A DNA stretch of 64,000 nucleotides from Thalia democratica (taxonomy: Eukaryota): positions 13,764,001 through 13,828,000 of the forward strand of contig OZ241831.1 in NCBI GenBank assembly GCA_965202585.1. Direction: 5' to 3'. The position numbers were made by a program, and so were the translations under genes. Of the stretch, positions 39,101 through 51,200 are shown in pieces. The notes beneath the pieces are model-generated. The model was given only the letters and a program-made list of their open reading frames with translations, made no database searches and had not been told where the DNA came from. Numbering within the stretch: position 1 is the first letter of the stretch; each line of letters begins with the position of its first letter.

Positions 39101-39708
39101 GTTCTTCAGTTTATTTTCATAACAACAAAAGATTATAATTACTTCTGGTAATTATATACAAAAAAAATTTGCTGTTCAAAGTACGAAATCAATGCCACAC
39201 TTTTATTATTAGTTTTTTAAGTTTTTTCGAAGACTTGGATTACTTATACGTTCTTAAACTTTTTTTTCAGGAACAGTTCGAAGCACGAGCGAGCGGTACT
39301 CATGGCGCTCATCACTCAATTCAGGAGGAGTGGTCTGGAGGAAGCGCTCGTTTGTGACGTAATAAGCAGCCACAACGAGATCGTTCGCATCGACAAGCTG
39401 CCCGAAATATCAAACTCCATGTTCATGCAGGTATTGCTTGCTAAACTGTTAAAACAATAAATAACTCAAAATTGAAATTTTTTATCATTGGTTCTTAAAC
39501 TAAGGGGGGCTACTGTGGGAAATTTAAAAGAATGTTTAAAGAATAAAAGTTAGTCAATAAGTAATATTTTAATTATGTTTTGCAGATAGTTGGAAAATTG
39601 AACGCGTCACGCATCATCAGCGTCGATGCCACGTCATCACTACGTCACAATTCGAAGATGAGGTGCAACGTTTCCACTGATGACGTCATATTCGCCTGCA
39701 AAGCCTAG
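12041..39708 (+). CDS. ORC1: Origin recognition complex subunit 1 (multi-exon gene, 5' exon unresolved)
   Basis: 23 exons join in consistent phase: 12041-12135, 12767-12897, 14712-14918, 17453-17527, 18199-18342, 18652-18732, 23692-23822, 24943-25059, 27086-27136, 27310-27382, 27726-27800, 27866-27994, 30989-31195, 31506-31565, 32017-32120, 32591-32775, 34768-34939, 35405-35533, 36378-36542, 38584-38726, 38924-39007, 39271-39430, 39586-39708 (2841 nt including TAG). ORC1-type motifs: [34 protein letters not shown] (Walker A), [10 protein letters not shown] (Walker B), [26 protein letters not shown]-terminal [13 protein letters not shown]. Confidence 0.95.
12767..12897 (+). CDS. ORC1: ORC1 exon ([16 protein letters not shown]...[12 protein letters not shown])
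   Basis: ttatag| acceptor, |GTGAGT donor; resembles the BAH 'I.VGD.V...Y+AK+..+F' segment. Confidence 0.85.
14712..14918 (+). CDS. ORC1: ORC1 exon (BAH core, KRCAVEWYY...[17 protein letters not shown])
   Basis: cgcag| and |GTTCGT, phase 1-1; BAH 'V.W' motif; strongly GC-rich island. Confidence 0.9.
17453..17527 (+). CDS. ORC1: ORC1 exon (end of [28 protein letters not shown])
   Basis: ttttag| and |GTAAGT, phase 1-1, 75 nt. Confidence 0.85.
18199..18732 (+). CDS. ORC1: Two ORC1 linker exons (18199-18342 Lys-rich with TPKK; 18652-18732)
   Basis: Both are phase 1-1 with AG/GT ends; open, basic, disordered sequence with CDK-type TP/SP sites. Confidence 0.75.
23692..25059 (+). CDS. ORC1: Two ORC1 linker exons (23692-23822 acidic; 24943-25059 [10 protein letters not shown]...SGVLK)
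   Basis: ttcag|...AAG|GT (phase 1-0) and ttttag|...AAG|GT (phase 0-0, 117 nt); locally raised GC. Confidence 0.75.
27086..27994 (+). CDS. ORC1: Four small ORC1 linker exons (27086-27136, 27310-27382, 27726-27800, 27866-27994)
   Basis: Phases chain 0-0, 0-1, 1-1, 1-1; all open, S/K/E-rich; shortest intron 65 nt. Confidence 0.7.
28618..29281. mobile_element. Long-TIR MITE flanked by TTAA (Kolobok-like termini GG...CC)
   Basis: TTAA at 28614-28617 and 29282-29285; arms of about 250 bp are imperfect reverse complements. GG termini fit Kolobok rather than piggyBac (CC). Confidence 0.75.
29404..30211. mobile_element. Non-autonomous hAT element (808 bp) with internal 15-bp tandem array
   Basis: TIR cag(t/g)ggcgtcgcgtgg at both ends; exact 8-bp TSD tcttatat at 29396-29403 and 30212-30219. 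Confidence 0.9.
29461..29900. repeat. 15-bp minisatellite (ctgctcgagttgcct), roughly 28 units
   Basis: Nearly homogeneous core to about 29790, diverging towards 29900; source of the four repeat ORFs in the ORF track. Confidence 0.95.
30439..30606 (+). CDS. ORC1: Tandem duplicate of the 5' part of ORC1 exon 30989-31195 (possible extra phase 1-1 exon)
   Basis: About 155 nt nearly identical to 30989 onward (5 substitutions seen), with its own ttttag| acceptor; possible donor A|GTGGGA at 30607 gives 168 nt in frame. Confidence 0.45.
30989..32120 (+). CDS. ORC1: Three ORC1 linker exons (30989-31195, 31506-31565, 32017-32120)
   Basis: Phases 1-1, 1-1, 1-0; canonical AG/GT; the last has donor GTGAGT. 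Confidence 0.8.
32591..36542 (+). CDS. ORC1: ORC1 AAA+ exons (32591-32775, 34768-34939, 35405-35533, 36378-36542)
   Basis: Contain Walker A, Walker B, sensor I and arginine-finger regions. The 5' boundary of the first exon is uncertain (A-rich acceptor; frame stays open about 40 nt further upstream). Confidence 0.95.
33588..34569 (-). mobile_element. Penelope-like retroelement, 5'-truncated (RT thumb/linker + GIY-YIG endonuclease), in ORC1 intron
   Basis: Frame open from 34567 to the stop at 33773 (...[11 protein letters not shown]...YSCMPNM...[14 protein letters not shown]...IYKATV...FYVGST...FKNRYTKHK...CKLCNAEK...LNKRNEL...CMH). (TA)n at 33572-33587 and about 34570-34582. Confidence 0.92.
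33616..33659 (-). ncRNA. Minimal type I hammerhead ribozyme in PLE 3' region
   Basis: - strand CUUGG CUGAAGA C-GCGU-AUUAA-ACGC-A GAAAC AGCU GUC CCAAG: 5-bp stem I, CUGANGA/GAAA core, GUC triplet, palindromic ACAGCUGU stem III. Confidence 0.85.
37160..38372 (-). mobile_element. Penelope-like element fragment (GIY-YIG) bounded by 118-bp perfect inverted repeats, in ORC1 intron
   Basis: ORF 38176-37613 (CNCRK...CPLKGNC...IYKVKV...IYIGST...FKDRYANHK...CPTC...LLNKRQD...CPH), open back to 38254. 37160-37277 is the exact reverse complement of 38255-38372. Confidence 0.9.
38284..38337 (+). ncRNA. Hammerhead-like fold with non-canonical core (mirror copy at 37195-37248 on -)
   Basis: GACU CCGUAGA U-CUGUUCUU-(10 nt)-GAGAGCAG-U GAAAC GCC GUU AGUU: hammerhead topology, but core CCGUAGA and a GUU triplet. 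Confidence 0.4.
38584..39708 (+). CDS. ORC1: ORC1 lid/winged-helix exons (38584-38726, 38924-39007, 39271-39430, 39586-39708)
   Basis: [45 protein letters not shown]; stop TAG at 39706-39708. Confidence 0.93.
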
Positions 39709-40799
39709 CATGTCGTCATAATAGTGTTGTAGATTTTAAATGCTGCTCTAGTTATTATTTTTAACAGTAAAGTTTCTACAGTTGTACAGTCTACTCTTAT
39801 TGTTTGAGTTTTGAAACTTGAAGAGTTTTTTAGTTCGAATATTTATATATAAATAACTTTTAAACTATTTTAAAAATGGTATAGGAAAATATGTTGATCT
39901 GTTATATTTATAATAGGTTTATTACAAAGTTTTAAATTTTACAAGTTCATGCGAAAGCGTGTTTTAGTTTAAGTTGTGAAGTAACTAGTTTTTTTTAGAT
40001 TATTTTAGTGATTAGAGCATTTAAAAAATTTTTAGTAGATGTTTATATGTACATTGATTTTAAGTTTTTTAGATAAACTGTTTTAATTAAACGTGGTAGT
40101 CCTTATTATACGTTTTGATTTTTCGAAAACAAGTACAAAGATCTCAACTTCTAGAGGAGTAAGAATATAATTTTTTTTTCAAGGTTTTTTAATGCAAACT
40201 CAGTTTCGGTCAAAGAATTCGAGGTGAAAGTTGTAGTCCTTATGATTATTATTACTGTTTATGCTTTTCAAAATGAGTTTAAATGTGTTTAACAAATATT
40301 TTACTCTATCAACTTTTATTGTCACCTCTCGCGAGCCTACGCACTGTAGAATTGTCAAAATGTACGAAAAAATATTTAGTTTGAAAAGTATTTAATATTG
40401 TACAGTTTATTTGTTGTATGTATGGAATTAACAATATGGTTAATTCTTTTATATGAAATTTTAAATGCTAACTCAACTCTTTATATCTATAGACCTTGTA
40501 AAATTATGTTCCTTGACTAATGGATGAACATTTAGTTGTGCCTCAATGTACCATGAAGTTTAATAAATAAGAAAAGTTTTAATTGAGATTCTGAAAACAA
40601 ACATAACAATAAATTAATAGTAGTAAAAGTTCACAAACACATGATACAGTTCTCTTGCACTGTGTTTAAATGTTCATCTAAAGAAACAGCTCACAAGAAA
40701 TTTTCCAACAAAATGTGACAATGATATTAAATAAAAACATGCGTACACATTAAACAAAGTTTATTTGTTTCTCTTAGTAAACATCATTAATTCTCATTA

Positions 40800-41600
40800 G
40801 AAGTTTTTTTTATGCCTGAATTGAATTCACTTGCTTTGCATAACAAATGTTTAAATTCCTTGCACGTGCCTTAAATTCTTCGTAGTGCTCTCCAGCAACA
40901 GCTTGAGAATAACACAACTGTGCGTTGAAACTGATGGCCTTCATAAACATCGCTTTAAAACCCTTGAACCAAAAATCTTTATTTATTCCTCTCCAAGACT
41001 TTCTTCATCAGTTTCAAGATGAGTCTTTGGAGTTTCAGGGATGTTCGTGGGTTCAAGATCGTTGTTGGGCGCTCCAATCACCTCTAAAGTACTTTCGGAG
41101 TATTCAGCAGTTGTTTCGTCACCCATTGTAATAAAACTGCTTAAATTTTTTGTCTGTAAATCAATGTTAAGTTTTAGAAATATCAACCCATTAAGTGGAA
41201 TAAAACCAACCACTCATCTACTTCACACACTAGATTCATCTTAAAACCAGCGATCATAAATTTTTTTAATATTTTTTCAGGAAGTAAATAAGTATATTTC
41301 AACATGAATCTTAAAAAATCCCAGTTTCATCTATACTGTAAAGATGTTCAGGGTCATGTCGTGCAATTTCTGTTACAAAAGTTCAAGGGTTGCTAGATTG
41401 TTTGGGTCATTTTGTTCAACCTGGCAAACTTCTCCATAAAGTGCTTTTTAATTTAAAATCTTACGTCTTTTAAAATTACCGTATCAGCGCCATTATACTT
41501 CAAAATCAATACAGTTCAGCTCTACCCTTTGGTTTTTAGATAACTCCATACAGGGATACCTGAACTTTAGCATACATCAGTGTTTCAACCAAACTATATA
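40800..41600 (-). pseudogene. Degenerate pogo/Tigger-family DDE transposase relic
   Basis: Broken - strand frames read ...NFKRRKI...KALYGEVCQVE...HDPEHLYSIDETGIF... (compare Tigger HGE and IYNADETGL motifs) and ...GFIPLN...; several stops and frameshifts; ends not defined. Confidence 0.6.
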
Positions 41601-44600
41601 ATTTTGCTTTAAATATAGTAGGTATATTTGCTACTTCTCATTTAGTTACGCAATTTTTTATGTGGACATAATGTTCGTAGATTCGTTAGACGTCAATGTG
41701 TATGGGATTAGTTTAAGTGATGGTCGTTTAGAATAGGTCTCCCAAACTCTTTTTCGTATTCGCACAAATAAAAAATAAAAAAGGCTTTTTGTACTAAGAA
41801 CCGCTCATTACTGTTAAACTACAATTAACTGTATTACTCACTAACTGTTACTCAAATATTTAAACATTAGTTTAGAGAAATATTAAATCCTAAATATTTT
41901 AAAACTTAATCTTTAATTTTTTGCATCCGAACCAAGCAGTAGTATTGAGAAAGTAAATAAAATGCATTTTTTAAAACTAAGTGTTTTAACTTTCTATTGA
42001 GCTTTCACAAAGTTCATTGTATAGGTATACGTAAGAAACCGAGATTCATACTAAAAGAAATCAAAATGAACATTTCAGTTTTCATTCTAAACAACGTAGT
42101 ATTTTATATTTATGATTAAGCTTTAAATTTACTTAAATATTCAAACTAATAACAACATTTAATTTTAATTACTAGAGATAATACAAAATAAACAGCAAAA
42201 AAAAAAACATTCCTGCTCATACCTAGTTACTAGATTAACCAAAAGGTCTTTTTTGGTAAAAAAACTTTTAATGTATATAAAAACTAATCCCGATAAAGCT
42301 GCGCAGTAGTCAATTTGGTTTAGTATATATCTGGGTTTCCAAAACTAACTTTTAAAATCGCCCACTTTATGAGACATCACCCTTTTACTCGTTAACTACT
42401 TTTAGTGGCCTTTTACTAGTTACTCCCCCAGGATAATTAAAATCGATCACAATAGTTTTAGTAACTGTTTCTTTAAACACTTTTTATAAATGTTGTAAGT
42501 AATTCTTTGGAATTCTAAATACTTTTTAAAACAAATTTATTCGCTACTAGTTAATAAAAAGTTGTTAGTAAAAGTAATTATTAGTTAAACCAGCTTAAAA
42601 CTACTGACGAAAGGAATAAAGACAACAAATACAAACGCTTTCGTTTACCTTTTAGATATTACAAAACGTAAACAACGTCTAATGAAAATATGGTGAATAA
42701 AACTTTTGATCTATTAATTTCAACAAATAAGAAATACTAGTATTAAGCTTACAGTTAAATGAATTGATTTATATTTAAAATTGTGCTGTATGGGATGTTT
42801 TGGTTTCGATTTATTTTTTGCGTTTGGTATTTAATCGTTTTACAAACTGTGAAAATAGAGTAAGATGTATTTTGATTACCAATTTTAATATTAACAGTTT
42901 TATATTCGCACATTTAATAGCTATTAGGTTTGTTAAAAGTAACTTAAAACTATGAGTTTTTATATCTTTAAGTACTTAGTTGTCTACTTTGACCAATTTT
43001 ATATATCTGTTCACTTTAGCAGATAACTGTCTAAATGTTTTAATTTTTAAGAGGTTAGTTATACGAATTACAATAGAAACTAATCAGTTTTTCAACCAAA
43101 CTTTTTACCTACGTTTTTAGGCTAACAAAATAGAAATATAAAATAAGTTTGATAGTGCTTGATGAAGTCTTTAAGAATATATATTTTTTTTAAATATATT
43201 TATTTTGCTGGTATTAATCAATTTTATGGCATTAAGGAGACAATAACTATATATTAACTGCTGATATAAGTAATAAATGGTTTTTTAAATCAATTTTTGC
43301 AGTATAAAAAAAAACATAAGTAAAAAATTGAAAATTTTTAATATTACTAACAATTTGTGAAAATTGTTTCAAAAGTTTATAAAATTGCTAGGAGGAATGT
43401 ACTGTAAGTCTAAATTTAATTTATATTACAAGCTAATTATTAGTGCGCTATTAAAAAAACTTAAAATTCTTTAGTTATTTGTGACTTAATGTATTTAATT
43501 TATAAATTTTTCCTTGCATATTCAACTAAAAAAATATTTTGATAAAAAGTTTTTTTTTAAATATTAAGTAACTTTGTGAGATAATATAAAGTATTAAGAA
43601 AAAGGTAAGAAAAATAAAGCTCAAGTGAGCGTAGGATTAGTTGTAAAACACTTTAATAAAAAATTGTGATAAATATAGAAATTTAAAAATTAGCAGCATA
43701 AAAAAAAAATTAATAAAATTTGATATTGTCGATTAACTATACATAAATTATATAAACGTCCAAGTAATATACTTATTATTGAAAACATTTAAAAGTATTC
43801 AAGGTTAAAAACAACTATATTTTAAAAAAAGGATACAATACATCAAAGTTATAGTAGTTCGTTATGTTAAACTCCACCTTAAATACTAAGTGCTTGTGAT
43901 AAAAAAAAGCTAACAACTGCAGTAATTTTTATTTCGCATAATAAACATAAGACTCCTTTTACAATGATTTAACATGTATACAGACAAAAAATTAAAACGA
44001 AAAGTAAGTCATCATACTTTTAACAGCTTTTAAAAAACTCACATTAATTTTAGAACTGAAGACAATTTATCTTTAAGACTAAAAAATATTTAACTTGCAA
44101 AATGAGTGTTTTGCACTGCCTTAGCGACTATTTAAATTTTTTAAGTCAAGAAGTGTTATGAATTCTACGGTTTTTGTAAATACTATTATGTCAAATAAAA
44201 AAAAAATAATCTAGAACTACCCTAGATGTTGTGTCTAATATAACTGAACTAACCAAGATTAATTGAAAGTATAGAAACAACACTATGTAAATAGTATATT
44301 TAAGTAAATTAGAAAACAAGTCTAACGAAAAATAGATAAAAAACGTATCTTTAATGAAAGTCATAACTTATTTTGCAAACATGAAGCTATTTGAATATCT
44401 GATTTAATCTAGATACACTTAATTAGATACACTAATATCTGTTTATTACTCAAACATGAGTCAAAAAAATTTAGTAGCATAAAAAATGTTTTTGAAATAT
44501 TTTGTATAAGTCACCGGTTTCTGAGAATTTTTTTATACAATGAGAAAACGTTTCAAATGTTAAGTTTTGTTTCGAATTAAACTTTTACCAGTCAATTTTA

Positions 44601-46003
44601 TTTTTATTTTTATATAAGACACACGTATGGTTTATTTAGTTTTTGCAAAATTTTGTATTATTTTATTTCAGTTTTTTAATCAAAATTATTTATAAAATAA
44701 GTTTAGTTTATCTAAATAGTTCTAAATATTTTATCTAAATAAGATAGATAATTTACATCTGAGGACTTTTATAAATAACCAAGTTATTGAGTGTTTTTTT
44801 GTATAAATCAAATATGTATATGGTTATTTTAAATGTATTTTTCTGTAATAAGCTAAGTTACTTTTTTCTAATAAACTTTTAATATTTATTCAAAAAGTCA
44901 GATGATTACAAAACTATATTCTCATTTTCAAACAAACTTAGATAAATTGTTATACGTATACACTTAAATAAAATTATAAAGGATTTATTTGAAGAAGTCA
45001 ATGCAAATAATAGTAACACAATAAAATACCTTAAAAAACAATAAATTTTATATTATTTTTGCAGTTTTAGATTTCTACTTTGTTAAGTTGTAATGAAGTT
45101 TATAGAAGTATTATGATTTGTATAGTCTTTTTCTTATATCTAATGCTAATACTGAACTGAAAATTATGTTATAAAACAATCGATTTATGTCGCAAAAAAC
45201 ACATATAATTTAAAGAATTTAAATTATCACTTTTAAATCTAGTTTATGAGATAATTTTTGATAACACATTAGTATACATTTTTAGGTTGGTTATCTATCT
45301 ATTAAACATATTTACAGCCCAAAACGTAAAAACTTCTATTTTAAGTTTTTTGTCTGCTTCGCTTAATTTACTTTGAAAATGAATTTTCAAAAAAAGGTGT
45401 TTTATAATATAAATTGTATAAAGATATTTTAAAAGTCCACTTTAAAAGTGTTTTATATTTTTTTAATAGTTATGTATATTTTAACTTAGATAAATACAGT
45501 TGAAAACTAATATTTTTAAAAACTTTTAAATTTTTAAGTTAAAAACATCAAAATATTTAAACAAATATTCAAAAATAAAGAAGCCCTAATAAGCATCTTT
45601 TTTCGTTTAAAGACCAAAGTAAAAACTTTATAACAATGTTTTAATAAAGGTTGAAATGTTGAAAAAATTGGAAAGATTATTTTGAGTTAGTAAAAGAGGA
45701 AAATTTTTACTTCATTAATGTTGTAAAAGAATTCAAAAATATTTTAATGAAACTACTATCTTTAAAAACATTCAACTGCTTAACGTTATAAAAGCCACAA
45801 AGTTTTTGATAATCATGTGATGGAAAATTACAGTAGTTTACCAAAAAACTTACTGAGAGTTTATAAAAGAAATTATCATTTCGATAATAAAACAAAGTAA
45901 AATTTTGTTTATTGCCTTTTTTCTTTTACTACATATTCTAGTATCCAAATATAAAAAATCTTGTGAAATTGACTTTATAAAGTTATACTTGTCCGTTTCA
46001 TAG

Positions 46004-48254
46004 CTAAACGTTGCTGAAATCAATTCAAAAGTTTACAAAATAGATAAAGAAAAAAACTGTGTAACCGTAGCCATAATTTGGCTAATATCAAACTTTTTAA
46101 AAGTTAATTAAAGTTTTTTGAAAAGTTAAAACTTTTTGAGTTTGTTGTTTTTCTTCATAGCTTTACAAATGTTTCAAAATTTTTGTTACTTGATTTTATA
46201 TTTAGTTTGTTTTTTGTTTTTGGTTAAATAAATTAATTTCATAATAACGAATAAATAAATGATAAACTAATTTTATTCAAAAAAAGTAAATTTTTTACCG
46301 TAATTCTGATTAAACTATTTACGATAGATCTGTGAGTTAATGCATTTTTAGTAAATATTTTAGTAGTTTCTAAGCATATTCATCAATTACTAATTTTGAA
46401 TGGAGCAGTTTAAATTAAAAATAGTTTTAGTTTTTATATTTTCTAAGGTCTTCAGATTATTGTATTCTTTAACAATATCGTAAAACAGGAAAGTACTTCA
46501 AAAATTTTCACAACTTAATTTCCAGTGTGAACCTAAGATGAAAAAAGAAAAACGAAACTTTCTTTTTCATAGAATTGTTGGGGTTATTTATTGAAAGCTT
46601 TTTAATAAATTTTTTATACACTTAATTAGTGTTTTTATTTTTACTATTGTTTAATTTGAATATATTAGAGGAACAAAACATCATAATCAGCTTATATATG
46701 AATTTTATGTAACTTTAAGGTGAGATAGTTTTTACATAAAAATATTTCACTTTTAAAATATTTAACTTTCTTTTAAAATTTAAAACTGTATTGTATGTTT
46801 AGAACAAATCATTTAGTTTTAGTCTTTGAAGATAACAACTATATTTTACTATTTAAAAATAGTTTCTTATTACAAAGATTACAGTGTTTTTTTTATGAAA
46901 CTTAAATGTTGTTATCTAAACAATAGCATATAGTGTGTTTACCTTTAGTAACAGATGATTGTTTAAACATTAAAATATAAAAATTTAAGGTCATAATTAT
47001 CGCAATGTGCATGTTTCAAATGATTGTGGAAATTTTGAAACTAAGTGACAAAAAGTATAGAGAATCAAAAGTACTTACCAGTCTTGCGTTATTTTTTACT
47101 ATTGTTGTAAGTTTCACTTGATTTTACAGTCAGATTATTCTTAATTTGTTTTATTTTAATTAATTTTTTTATTTATATCTGTCATAATATCAAAAAACTT
47201 AAATGTTTATTTCAAACATGTTAAATATTATTTTTATACTTTAAACGATCGATTTATTAAAGTTTTAGTTTTTTTGAACCAGTTAACATATATTGCATAT
47301 GTATTTTTAAACTAAAAATTGTCAAAGTATTAAAAAAGAAATTAAACAACTTTTTACAGCCGATGGTTTCAGTTATTTGGATTTTAGTTGCTAGCTGTTT
47401 AAGAAGTAATAAAAGCTTGGTAAGTTCGTTTGATATTTGTAGACGAGTCCTTAAAACTTTTTGATATAATATGCTAGTTTCGGTTCACGGAAACTAATTA
47501 TTTGACTATTCAATTTTTTTCGCTACAAATTACTTTTGTTCATATTTTATAAAAGATTAAAATGTATTCGTTTGCTTTAAATAAAGTAAAACTTGTTAAC
47601 TAGGTTGTCATTAAACTTTTTAAAGCTGTATATATCGAAACAACTACTTTCATAGAAACATACATTACCTAGATATAACTTAAAACTGTAAACGGCAGTC
47701 TTAAACAAGTAACCTTACAAATTTTAAACAAAAATGTCAATGTACAGTTTATAAATAACAATAGTTTTAAAATTTTCAATACGTCCAGTACTTAAACTCA
47801 CTTTATATATAAAATAAAATTCAGAAAATTCCTGAACCGTTCGATGAAGCAAAAGTGGCAGTATCTTCCTTGCTTATATATATAATCATGACTTATGGCT
47901 ATGGAATAGATGTAAGTAAAAATATTTAATTATTTAAAATACTTTGATTGTTAATTTGTTTACATTTTGTTCACAAGTTAGTTTTTATTTAAAAGACATA
48001 ACTTACAGAATTTAATTTTTTAAAACTATATTTAGAAACTATGTTTTAAGTATTAAAATCATTTTTGTTTATTTTGCTGAATTACTATCGGTTACAACAA
48101 CACAGCTTTTAAATACCACCTAATAAAAAAACATCATGAAGACTTGTTTTCACAGATGAGAAATCATCAAAAGTACTACACAACAAACATCGTGGCAATT
48201 TCAACTGCTTCATTGAACTGCGTTTTGCTGATTGCCTTTTACGCAAAACCTTAG
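46004..48254 (+). CDS. Multi-exon 7TM protein, class C GPCR (7tm_3)-like, TM3-TM7; 5' exons not found
   Basis: Exons 46004-46102, 46456-46492, 46671-46708, 46990-47106, 47360-47419, 47825-47911 and 48156-48254 join in frame: ...NCVTVAIIWLISNFLKIIVFFNNIVKQERTKHHNQLIYEFYVIIIAMCMFQMIVEILKLSDKKYRESKVLTSLALFFTIVPMVSVIWILVASCLRSNKSLKIPEPFDEAKVAVSSLLIYIIMTYGYGIDMRNHQKYYTTNIVAISTASLNCVLLIAFYAKP*. Three exons end in GTAAGT donors. KIPEPFDEAK resembles the class C 'K.P..FNEAK' ICL3/TM6 motif. The first three exons are less certain. Confidence 0.65.
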
Positions 48255-51200
48255 TAGTATTGTAATTGTGACAATTTCTAACTTCTAAATACTCTTTTAG
48301 CTTGAAGTGATAATGTTTAAACGTTTTCGTTTAAATTTTCTTTTTCAAAACTGTAAATAATTTTGAACATTAGATTAACTAAAAGAATTTTTCACAATAT
48401 TGAAAAATAAAATTCATATACTTTACTTAGTACACTTTTACTGGTTTTTGTTTAGGCAAAATTGTAACATAATTTTATTATAGTAAAAACTAAATAACTT
48501 ATTGTAGCAGATAAAGGACAGCAAATACTAAATTACTATTAAATTAGCCTTTCTTATACTTTAAAGTCCCACTGTTTAAGTAAAACAAAACTAAAAATGT
48601 TTTCATCAAACTAAAATCTAGCATCTATGTTAGTCAGCCAAATCGGATTTGATGACAGATTACACAAAACTTTTAGAATTTTATTTCATTATAGCACATA
48701 GCTATTAATTTTTCCACTAAACAATTTAAACACCGACAATTTACTTCTTTATAATGTAGTATTTAAGATATGTTCCGCAAAACATATCAAAAAAGCAAAA
48801 CTTAAAAAAAACCGAAAGTTGTACGGGAGAAAAATTAAAGTATATTAAAGCGAAGTGTTTGACAACGTTAACAGAAGATGTTGCGTAGTAAAAGAATAAA
48901 TCTACCAGCGACTAAATTTTTTTTACAATACTTTTAAAGAGGCACATATTAAACTTTTAGAGGGAAAATCACAACTAATTAACGAATCCTTTACATACAG
49001 TTTGTTTAAAAACAGTTTTTCATTACTCTCATTAATTATACAAAACACCATGATTTAGTAACAAGTAGCACAACTAAAATATTTTTTGATTTAATGATAA
49101 TTTACTTATTCAACTGTAAAATTCTATTGAGTTTAAACAAAATATGTATTTATTTCATAATAATATTATGCTTTTGCTAGTATACTAACAATGCTTTGTC
49201 GATTAAAACTGTCACCAGATTCTGCTGATATGATTTTTTGTTTAAACTAACAAGTTAATTCTAAAAAGTAAAATAAATTAAAAATTTAGAAACCTCCAAT
49301 ACAAAAATCTTTGGTAAATCAAACAAAAATATATACAGACTATTAAATTTTTAAAGTGCGTTTTAACTTGATTCAGTTTTCATTTAAGGTCTAGTTTTTG
49401 TTTTGCTAATTTAACTTAAAAATTAACAACTTTTACTAATTTAATATGACTTAACTTAGTGAAGAAACAAGGTAACTACTTCTCGATAAAAAATATAAAG
49501 TGCTGCAACCATCCAAAACTTGATTTTATAGATAAAGTTTTCAACTCAAATGTTGAACTTAACTGGAAGTTCGAACTAATTAACGTACGAATGCAGAGAA
49601 ACTAAATATTTTAATGCTTATATTTATCGATTTTTTTTCGCGCAATTTATTTGTACAGATAGTTTAGAAATATGTTCTTGAAATAACTTAAAAAATAAAT
49701 CAGCAATAAGCTATACTTATTTAGAATAACAAACTTGTACATAACATTTAAAACTGATATGCTGGTTTTTAAAATAATAAAGTTGATCAAAAAAAACACA
49801 AAGACGATAACAACCACGTATAGTTGTACTAAACATTTAAAGATTTCAAGTTAAAGCAATAAAAACTACACACACTATTAGTATATTATGCTCACTCTTC
49901 GACGACTCCACTAAACTTTAGTTTTTAGCTATAATTAGTTTTTTATAACACTTTAAAAGTTTTTAAGGTGTAAGTAAAATGTAATGCATTACCTTATTTT
50001 TGAAAATAAATAAGCAGCATTAAACAGTATAACAAAAAAAAAAACATTTAACGTTTTTAAAGTTCAATACAAGTTTAAAATTGTATTCGAAAAAATCTTG
50101 TAGTATACATTTAATACATCTATCATACATTGCAACTACAATGTTGCTCACAAATTGAAGATATGTATTAAATTTACTTACATTTAAGTCCAAGCACGAA
50201 TTTAGTGTTAAACAACTATTTAATAACGATTTTGTAACAAAAATTTAAGAAGAGCTTTATTAAAGTAATATAATTATTCATCTATTATTTTAGTTATTAA
50301 TTAAGTAATGTTTTTGAAATACTTTTATATAACAGAAGTTCTTAAAATTCATATTAAAGTACTAAGCGTGTATAGATAACTTTTATATTTATTAATGCTT
50401 CAAAAGCAAACTGACTTATTTTACCTTAAGGTTAAAGAATATTTTGAAAATCTGATGAAGTTTCTAGTTATGAAGAATTAAAAGGTTAAAAGTAATATTA
50501 CAAACTTAAGACGCATTTCAAAATAAAAATATAAACTTAAGATATCAGTATTTGAAGTGGTCTTTAATAAACAATTCTTAAGTTTCAAAACAACTTATTT
50601 TGTTTTCTGTTTATCTAACAAATTAATAAAAAAAACTAAAAATATTTCTTAGTTTATAAAAATGCAAAAAAGTTCGTTATATATATCTCAGTTAACTTTG
50701 ATTTAAGAACAACGATCAAATAGCTTGTAAAGTTTTCTATTATTTATACAAAAGTGAAGGTTTTTCAGAATAAAGTCTTTAAAATTAGCATTTAGCTACT
50801 ATTAAATGAAGTAGTGGAGAAATACTCCAAAAAGCTTCATTAACTTATGCCTAAAGAAAACGCAAACTAATTGTAGAATGGAAATTTTACAAAAACGACG
50901 CTTTTAGATACAAAAAAATATCAATTTTTCTAACAGATAAACTGATATTAAAACCTTTTAAACAAACTTTTTTTTAAGATTAAATCTAGATTTAAAAAAT
51001 AAAAACACATAGCAACAAACTAAAACCTATTATTTGTTGTTTAAGTATACAAAGTTCACTATAAAAACAATTTAACTAAAGTAACATTATACAATGCACA
51101 CTGACTTAGTAGTGAGTAGGGCAAATGAGAATTGAAGTATTTGTTCAACTGCCATATTCTATAAAGCTTACACTACGCAGTTTAGCTACTTTGCTACAGC

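Noticed and set aside
42755-42865. Hydrophobic TM-like reading (CAVWDVLVSIYFCVWYLIV) before a GTAAGA donor, as a possible upstream GPCR exon
   Set aside because: All three frames have a stop just upstream with no usable AG acceptor in between.
48765-48887. Open frame YLRYVPQNISKK...EDVA* as the GPCR C-terminal tail
   Set aside because: It needs a phase 0 donor, and none exists before the TAG at 48252; it remains only a possibility.
49629-49645. Perfect TTTCGCGC E2F-type site
   Set aside because: A single 8-mer with no associated gene start identified.
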